From contig NW_027270946.1 of NCBI RefSeq assembly GCF_040938485.1, positions 868,001-932,000 on the forward strand: a DNA stretch of 64,000 bases. Reading direction: 5' to 3'. This stretch comes from Diadema antillarum (Eukaryota). Within the stretch, counting starts at the first letter, position 1; the number at the start of each line of letters is the position of its first letter. This document shows, in pieces, positions 55,126-64,000 of the stretch. The notes under the pieces were generated by a model. The model searched no databases, was not told the DNA's origin, and saw nothing but the letters and a program-made list of their open reading frames with translations. The position numbers and the translations under genes were made by a program.

Positions 55126-56354
55126 CACAGCAAAAAAAGAAAGTTAACACTTTTTCAAGTTCATCGTTCTCATAGACTATCTGGCTAAAAATTGAGTATA
55201 TGAATATAAGAACGACCCAAGTCCATTAGAGAAAATTTAGGAAAAATGGAAATTAATAAAAAATTCCCCACTCCCTCAAGTGTCTTCGGTTATTTGGGTG
55301 TTATTCATTCAAATTTGAATATAAAACAGTCACTTGAATGATTATCTGTATTTGCATGACTACGTAAATGGCTTTCAAACGCGATAGCCATATTTGGACT
55401 TGGGTCGTTCTTATATTCAGGTAATTAATTGTGTTTTATATACCATGTTAAAGGTAATTTAATTAGCTATCAACCTAGTACGTAGGTCAATGAAAAGGTT
55501 AACTTTACACATGAGTGAGCACATTCGTTTTTCTCTTCCAAGGCACATAAGTAAAACTTGCAAAATGGACAAGTTGTTATTCAAGCGTATTTGCTCTTCC
55601 ATATGAGATTATTCAACACAACAATGAGATAATTCAACACAAAAGAAATTCAAATTAATTTGCAAAAAGCAACGTATGATCTATATATCTCTGTAACCCT
55701 CCAAAGATAGAGAAAGTAAAAAAATAATAGAGGAAAATGAAGAATCTTCTGTCAAATCTGCAGTCAAAAGACATAAGAGAAAAAATTATGGTAACAAAGA
55801 AAGTTAAATTTGAAACGTTATTCCAAATCAAGAAAATTTGAAATGATATTTGGTTCTTGACTTTGTCTCATGCATTCTTATGTCCCTTAATTAAAAGGTT
55901 AGATAAAGAAATTCTGTTGATTTTATCACCTTTACGGCTTACTCCCTACGTCATTTAAAGTTTGAATTGATGGAAAATGCTTATGTTCCACCTTTAGTTT
56001 CCCCACTATGTTTTTGTTCTGAATATAAAGGGAAACAAGGGAACGGAAACTTATTTCTGCTGTTTCATTCATGTCTCTCATTGCGTTAAATTGGTCTTTT
56101 GTTATCATTGCTGTTTTGGAGGGCATTTGCAGATGAATTTCAATATGTCCATTCTGCAATTTTTACTTTTGTGCTTTGGAGGAGAAAAAAAAATTGTGTT
56201 CACTCATGCGTAAAATTTCCCTTCGTGTAAACTTACCAGGTTGATAGCCAATTAAATAATCTTTGATATGGTAAATGACACACTGATTTTTATCAAAATC
56301 TTCTATGAAAAATATCAACTGGAAAGAGTGTGTACTTTCTTTTTTTGCTGAGTG
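55126..56354. mobile_element. Non-autonomous Tc1/mariner-like element with long TIRs (copy C, inverted relative to A and B)
   Basis: TA then CACAGCAAAAAAAGAAAGTTAACAC ... GTGTACTTTCTTTTTTTGCTGAGTG then TA. The interior is the reverse complement of 1-620. Confidence 0.8.
55201..55419. mobile_element. 219-bp MITE nested in the left arm of copy C
   Basis: Perfect 25-bp inverted repeats TGAATATAAGAACGACCCAAGTCCA / TGGACTTGGGTCGTTCTTATATTCA. Confidence 0.75.
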
Positions 56355-56459
56355 TACATATATAACCTAAAGTTTACCTCAGGTGGACTTGCCTTTAACA
56401 AGCATGTTACGTGGACTTCGTCTTTAAGTCGTCTTGTATTAAATTCTGCGTCAATTTAA

Positions 56460-56849
56460 AGGACAAGTCCACCTTCATATACATGTGGATTGAGTGAATG
56501 CAGCAATATTAGTAGAACACATCAGTGAAAGTTTGGGAAAAATCAGACAATCCGTTCAAAAGTTATGAATTTTTAAAGTATCTACGTAGTCACTGCTGGA
56601 TGAGAAGACTACTATAGTGTATGATGTCATATGCGTACAACCATATAAAGAAAATAAAAAGAGAATTTCACAAAACTTTACTCTTTTTTTTTTTTTTGTG
56701 ATGTGACATCACAAGCTATAGTAGTCTTCTCATCCAGCCTTGAGTGAGCAGAAACTTGAAAAATTCATAACTTTTGAACGGATTGTCCGATTTTCCTCAA
56801 ACTCTCGATGATGTGCTCTACTAATATTGCTGCATTCACTCAACCCACA

Positions 56850-56853
<4 letters not shown>
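56460..56853. mobile_element. Kolobok-like MITE, same family as 32931-33489, right end replaced by (AT)n
   Basis: TTAA then AGGACAAGTCCACC. Internal inverted arms are homologous to the 33-kb copy. Confidence 0.78.

Positions 56854-56915
<62 letters not shown>
56854..56915. repeat. (AT)n microsatellite
   Basis: Direct reading. Confidence 0.95.
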
Positions 56916-56918
<3 letters not shown>

Positions 56919-59900
56919 TATGATTATATTTATCAATTTATACTTGTATAGTTGAACTGAATTTGGACTGGTTAAGCTGATTTGCCAAAGGAGGAAAATA
57001 GCCATAATTAAATGAAATGACTTGGAGGCCACCATCTTCTCACATGATTCTACACATGTACCATACTTTATCATACATACTGTATGTATGGCCCATCTCT
57101 TTCAAAGAAATGAACTTCATTGTAAATCTTAAACCTGTTTTGGGGGTTTTGTTTTGTTTTGTTTTTGTTACAAAACTTTGATTTCCTTTCTCTTGGCCAA
57201 ACTGTTAAAATGAGTTCGATACATGGACTAACATCAATGTTTTGTCTACCAAACGATGAACATGCCCAAGGGTTATTACAGAATTGTAGTTGAAATGACT
57301 CTCCAATAGTCTACAAATGACACCATGATTCACAACTAGCATTCATATTCCCTTCATTCAACTAATCCTTAGGAATTTCCATTTATCTGGAGCTTTGAAT
57401 AAAAACAAACAAACAAACAAACAAACCGAAACTCATACACAGAAGCAACACAAGACCAAGAGACACACATGTAATTTCTTTGTTATCAATCATATACATT
57501 TATATTGTGAATCTGCTCATATGACTTGATACATGGCACATACACACATGAAAAGGTTGGAAAGATAGAATCAGTGAAAAAATGTTGATTAGTCACATGT
57601 TATATGGTACAGGCTGCTTCAGGGCCTATATCACCTCACAAAAACTACAATTTGTATTGTGCTCACACAGTAACGAGAAAGTTTGGGCACAACTGAAGTG
57701 TCATGGTACAGCAGATGTAGACTTTGTGACAGATCTATCTTTTTTAGCTGGGCTTTCCAAATAAACACCACTAAATTTGGACAGACACAGACTATTTCCT
57801 CGCAGCTCTCTGTACAAGCCTTCTAGATGATCCCATTGATATCATTTGTTTGCCAATTATGGTGCAGAATTCACTTTGGTAGACAAAGAGGCACTGTAAA
57901 TCACATATATCAGATTAACATACAGAATACATGTAAATGAAAAAACTCCTCACAACTCCAGGATATTTCTAACACACGTGTAAGTACTTTTGTGAATGCT
58001 TCCGAGTCATCATACATTGTCACACTTCCAATCATTCAATCAATCAATCAAGGTGCAAAGTTTTTGTTTATCAAAGATTCTTTTTTTCTTTAAAAGAACA
58101 AAAATTCAAGGTTCGTGATTTCAAGTACACCATCAAGGCTAATGCACAATAATCACAATTGAGATATAATGGTACACACGTCTACAAAGCTTGGCCACTT
58201 TTCCCTGCAGAATAAAAATAAATCGGTGCTCCAAATGCTACCACTCATTTATAAGCTCCTGGCTGAAATAACAAGGTACAGTTTCAAACCCACTCTGAAC
58301 TTTTGCTGTAGACTAAAAACACATACCACCTCGTATACTTCAAGGATATCATTGCATCTACTGAGATCTAAGCAATTGATATCACAGAAAGAAATTGTAT
58401 GCAATAGACACCATGCAATTCAGCCTTATTTGAAGTGACCATAAAAATACAAGTACATGAAATGATATCTGGAGACTCGTTCCAGTCAAGCAAATTGCCA
58501 TCAGTGAATACAAACACAATGAATAACCTCACTGGCCTAAGCTCTCTACAGCTAATACAGCTACAAGCAATTGCAGCAGAAACTTGTAGGCTACATAGCT
58601 TGTATGTACTTGACAAAGCTATCACACTCCAGCACTGCGGTTTTTTTCACCTTGTAGGTGTCCCAAAACTGAAATCAACAGGGCAACCTTGCTTCATCAC
58701 TGCGATCAACGATGAATTGCGCAAAATGTTTCACATGGGCAACTGCTCACGGCATTGAAATCCAGATTTGATGCTATATAAAGACAACCTCCATCGGCAT
58801 AAAAGATGCCACATTGGGCTAGTGGGAACGCCTGGTGTGCCTGCTTCATAAAGGATCTAGAGTCTGTACTCATGAATCCATTATTTGCTGTTGCTCTGAT
58901 TTAGTTCTTTGATAGTACCGACATCTGCTGACTCGGCATAAGTTTTGGCAAAAGATACATTATAATTCTCTCTTTTTGTGTGTGTATGTTGTTGAAATGC
59001 AGGACAATTTGTTTCAACACTGCACACTTTCTGTTTAGCTGCTAAACTTCTTTCTTTATACGTATGAATATCTAAATTCTGTCTTTTACTGGTAACCAAA
59101 GATTATAATGAAACAATGTCAGAAAGTGAATGAACTGTGGCACTCAAAAAATATTGGTGTTGTAGAATTGCATATACATGTATGTTAGCTAACAAGGAAT
59201 ACAAATGTAAAATGCAAATAGCATACCGGAGCATACAATGGTGTAAGAAATCATCTTACAAGATATTTGATGAATTAAATGACTAGGAGTATATCAGTCG
59301 TAATTTCATGTAGCAATTCAATATCACTTACATAAAAATATCTTAATAAGTACATTGTGTACTGCTGATGTGATTATAACTGAACATGCCACAGTATATT
59401 CTATACATATGAGTGAAAAAAAAGAAACACTCGGATATAACACAATTATGGCATTTCTTTTGAGTTAAATCCCTGTGGCGAAACAAAGTACAATATATAT
59501 TAGTAAGCACAAGCGTTGTTATAAATTTATAGAATAAAAAAATTGACTCAAAATATAGTAGGGAGATTTACAGATGCTAAATACACGGATCTTTATAATA
59601 CAGCTATCTGTATGTGCCTCACTGCATTTTATTCAGATTGCAGCTGTACCTCATGGCAAAACAAAATCTGTATGACTTCACTGAGCAAGAAATGTTATCG
59701 CTAACACATCTGTGATCAATTCTATACTGCACGGGAGGAGCAGTATTTGCATATTATTTCGTAGTCCTCGAAATGCTAAGCATTAGAAGAGAAAATAACT
59801 TGTGCATGCACATGCTGATAATATAACAGTCATTGGCAAACTTGGGAGGACAAAAATTTCAAACATTGAGTGGATGAGTATGATATGCAGGGCATAGATT

Positions 59901-60851
59901 CTCCTGAATTCATTTGAAAAAAGTTTATGGCTAAGATGTTCTGAAAAAGAAAAGTCAAAAGCATGAACTTGCCAAAATCAAGTAACTGACATACAGTTTG
60001 CCAACAGAAAAATTCAAATCATTTCAGTAAAGTGTGGTAGTAATTTTACATGTCTGTTTGTTGTTAGGTTATTTTTTTATTTTTTTTGCAAGCTGGTTTA
60101 ATTTTTTTTCTCGGTTCGCTCATCGCTGGCCTCTAAATCTCATACTCTAAACTGATTCGTGCATATATGACTTGATTTTAGAAGCTTTTTCAGTTCCCCC
60201 TATCACATATAACTGTTTGAACTCAAACAGCGGTGGCGCTATTTAATTTCCATATCAATGTGTTGACAACACTGTGCCACTGCACAGTGCGAGCTCTACC
60301 TGATCGTACATAGAAAACATGGAGCACTATCTCTATCGACAAATTACCATAGTTATGTAGATTTTCACAACAACTTATGTTTGGGGAAAAGAAATATCAA
60401 GTTATAGGCCCTGAAAATGTATTTCTTTCATGACATGGAAAAGGATATAATTCAAGATTACCATATACAGTATATTCTCTGCCCATTCCTACTGCACAGT
60501 AACTCATTACTGTAAGTATGCAATGAAAACCCAAAAGTGTGACCCCGTTTGTCACCTCATTCATTTGCACATAATATACGGCCAGGGTGCTGACCCAAAC
60601 GCCAATGACGAAATGTTTACAGTAATCTGTGATAGGGAGGATTCCTCAACTACTTTCCAGAACAGATACTGATATAGAACACTACTCAAATCATAATAAA
60701 AAAAGAATAATTTTCTGCTCAACACAAATACCTATGTCACAAATACCTATGGCATGCACTTAACTCTCTACTGTGATGTGTACTACTCCCAAACTGAATG
60801 CTACATTCTCCCTATCTGTAATTCTCCATGTCCTGTTCTTTCAACAATTAA

Positions 60852-61233
60852 AGGGATAGTACAGTTTTGGTTGAGATGAGAATTAGGCTTTTAAATTTTG
60901 GCAAGATACCAAGAAAACACTTATGATATAGTACAGAGCCTACCGTTTTAAGAGGAATTCAAAGTTTATTTGGTGAAAATCGGGTTTGGAATAACTGAAA
61001 CATCCAAAAACAAAGTAAAACAAAGCGATCGTTACAAAGTGTGGGTCCCACACTTGACTAGAATCGTTCTTTTTTGGATATCTCAGCCATTTCAAAACCA
61101 ATTTTTATCAAATAAACATTAAATTCCTCATAAAATTGCATGCTCTTTCATATTTCATATGAGATTTCTCATTATCTCACCTAAAAATGTTAGAAATCTG
61201 AAATTAGGTCTCAACCAGAACTGTACGATCCCT
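60852..61233. mobile_element. Kolobok-like MITE (382 bp)
   Basis: TTAA then AGGGATAGTACAGTTTTGGTTGAGA ... TCTCAACCAGAACTGTACGATCCCT then TTAA. A related internal fragment lies near 23385-23570. Confidence 0.82.
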
Positions 61234-64000
61234 TTAAGTTGTGTTCACACAAACATTCTCAGTTCATAAATCAAGGTGCAGTAGTGAGACATCATTTTTT
61301 TTTCTTTCCCTCTATAATGCATTGAGCATCTATGGTTTGAAATACCTAAAGAAAGCACACAAGTTTGAACATGACCTTAAAATCCCTATCCCCCAAGTCC
61401 TGATACCCACCTACGCATCTGATCTAAATCAAAGGGCATAAACTCACAAAAATAGTTTACATAAAGTACATGTGGTTTATGCAAATATCAAATGGGCAAA
61501 TTGCGCATGACCTATTGTGTAAGCCAACACACATGCACAAGATACACCTTGTTTTGGTCCATGGACTAAATTCAAACCATGGATTTTATTTGCTCTACCT
61601 TTGTAAATTTGGGCCAATATCAATTTTCTGGTATATTCTTATACAAACAAAGCATCAACAAAGAACCATAACAATGATTCTTTCCAGACCCCCTTTTCAA
61701 GGAATATCATGTCTGTATTACAGTACAGGTTATTATGATAAGAACAGTTTAGAAAGCAGGCGTATCATTAAGATTAGAGTCCGGACAGTGGGGAAACTGC
61801 CGAAATAGAAACTGTACTTACAAACCTGGCCTGTAATCTGTTTAAAGGGTAAGACTTAATTTCTTCCTTGCATATTGTAATATTTCCTTGTATGTATCAC
61901 GGAATTCCTGGGGCAGAGCGAATCTAAAATAAAGATACACAGGCCAGAATGTGAATTGAGTGTATTCAACAGCAAATTATTCCTTAACTGTTAATCATAT
62001 ACAGTTTATTTCCACATGATTCCATGCACTGAATCAGCCATTCACTGCAAGATCACATGGGTTATCCAGCACTTACTAGGCTGATGAGAGAAATGGCTGA
62101 ATGCTGGTAAAGTGCCTTACGATATTTGCCTAACTAGTACAAATGAAAGATTAACTATGATATGACTAGTAGGGGAAAAAAAAAATCACAGAGATCAAAT
62201 CTTTCCTTTATCATCATATGGCCAGGGTAGTAGTGGTACACAAGTTACAAAGCAGGTTAAAATTAATTAATAAACAAAACAAAGATACATATGATAAACA
62301 AACCATTCGTGCTACCACCACTGGATGGCAGAGTGAGCATGAGGTAATGCCCAAACATAACTTTACCAAAATAAGTAACTTGTACGACTTGACTGCAATA
62401 CTCGAAGTGAATAATCATCAAGGTAATTTCTCTTCTGTGAATACAGAGATAACTTGGCTAAGAGAGACAAGTGGACGGTTATTATCAAAGGAACTTGCAC
62501 AAAAAGTACTTTTGTCAAGTTTTTTTCACACAACTTAAAAAAGAAATCATATAACATGTCATACATCCCTGCTAATCAATATGTATCTGCAAATGCATTC
62601 ATAATAAAAACAAGAGCAAAAAATGAATATGATCCTCTTAGCAGGGTCTCTGAACACCAATAAGTAAAAGACTTCACGCTGGATTTTTTTTTTTTTTCTG
62701 AGCATCGGATTGACAGAAGATACACCCCTATAAGATTACATTAACAGAGAGTAACTTCAACTGCAACATATCGATCACTGAATTCCATGCAAGGCCACAC
62801 CGTTAGGTCTTAAATGGGATTCATGCCAGAATTTCAGATGGATGAGATACGATTGCCAAGGCTACTTAGAAATGCTGGAGGGTGAATCAAAGCCGAATTA
62901 TAGAGCCTGTCTCAAACTTCATCACTCTACTCCATGTTGGCACAATTCAAACATGGAAAAGTACCTTTATACTTAACCAGAATACCATGTTAATGATGGC
63001 TAAATCTTGATTATTATCATCACTCTGATGTAGAAAGGTACTCAAGATATTAAACTCCAAACTGAACTGACAGTGAAACAGGACAAAACAATACCTAAAT
63101 GACACACTGTGTAACACTAGACCTACATCCCAATGCGCCTTTTCTCAAACAGCAGGTCTATTGTAAAGTTGTTTTTATAAAAAAATCATTTATTTCATTT
63201 CTACTCTTCCACATACTTTTTTTGTTCTTTCATTGGTCATTATTCCATGGATCCAGTTAATCGGGAGCATCTCTTGGTTGCAGAGTATCAAATTCAATGT
63301 GAACTCCCCAAAATGTGCATATGAACTGGATCATGGTCAAATGTTGTCACCAGTATGCCACATTTTCTTTTTGCATTTGATTTGATTTGGCATTGACTGC
63401 ATTAAAGTCTTAATTTAGAACATTTCACAACAAAATCCTGTGCAGATTTCAGCCCCAAATCATGTGATTGGTTTAGTTTTTCCTTTCTTTTTTCATCTGT
63501 TCTGCATCTTTGGACATGAATTACTTGTAACTTTTGGAGCTGACTATGCCTGCAGTTCAAAAACTACAAGTGCCTGCAGGACGAATACAAAGTAAAAAAC
63601 ACAAAGAGATGTGTGTCTATTCCTTGTTTTTACTGGAGACAAGCTTGGTCATGTGACAATTACCCTTCCCAACAAATTCTGTGATTCCTTGCAGAAATGG
63701 CCATTTCCCATCCACCTTTCAAATACTACAAAACTCATGAGAGAAACACCTCTAGCTTCTTTCATACAATCAAAAAAGCAGTAAAAACCACAATCAACAA
63801 AGAGAGAGAAAAAAAAAATCAAATCCAGGTAAAATCAGGTAGTATCTTCATCTTACACATAACTACAGAAAGACATCCACTTTTACAAAATGCTATAAGC
63901 AGATGCCAAGCTTTAAAAAAAGAATTAAAAATATAAAATCTGGAAATTTACTGGAGCACATCCACTTTACAAAACAAGCAAAAAGACAAAACACAAATAC

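Overview
AT-rich animal genomic DNA with spliceosomal introns, microsatellites and one N gap. The repeat landscape and GPCR type suggest a marine invertebrate deuterostome, most likely an echinoderm (inference). (1) 1-21 kb is an old tandem duplication carrying two paralogous orphan class A (rhodopsin-like) GPCR genes on +: copy 1 has 3 coding exons (380 aa), copy 2 has 2 coding exons (393 aa). They share degenerate activation motifs but differ by one intron in ICL3. (2) 24.4-50.9 kb is a complete GDP-L-fucose synthase gene (GFUS/TSTA3; 7 coding exons, 323 aa) on +, with a U12-type intron and large introns filled with nested non-autonomous DNA transposons. (3) 51-64 kb has no recognisable coding exons, only MITEs, a tRNA-like element and possibly the 3' end of a convergent gene. 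I found no prokaryotic-type system (no CRISPR/cas, no operon) and no clearly new biological system. The best leads are the U12 intron, the paralog-specific intron, the atypical GPCR motifs, a Helentron-type element carrying DR1 arrays, CAG-ended elements with 6-bp TSDs and a U2 snRNA fragment. All coordinates were read by eye; family assignments are by structure and were not database-searched.
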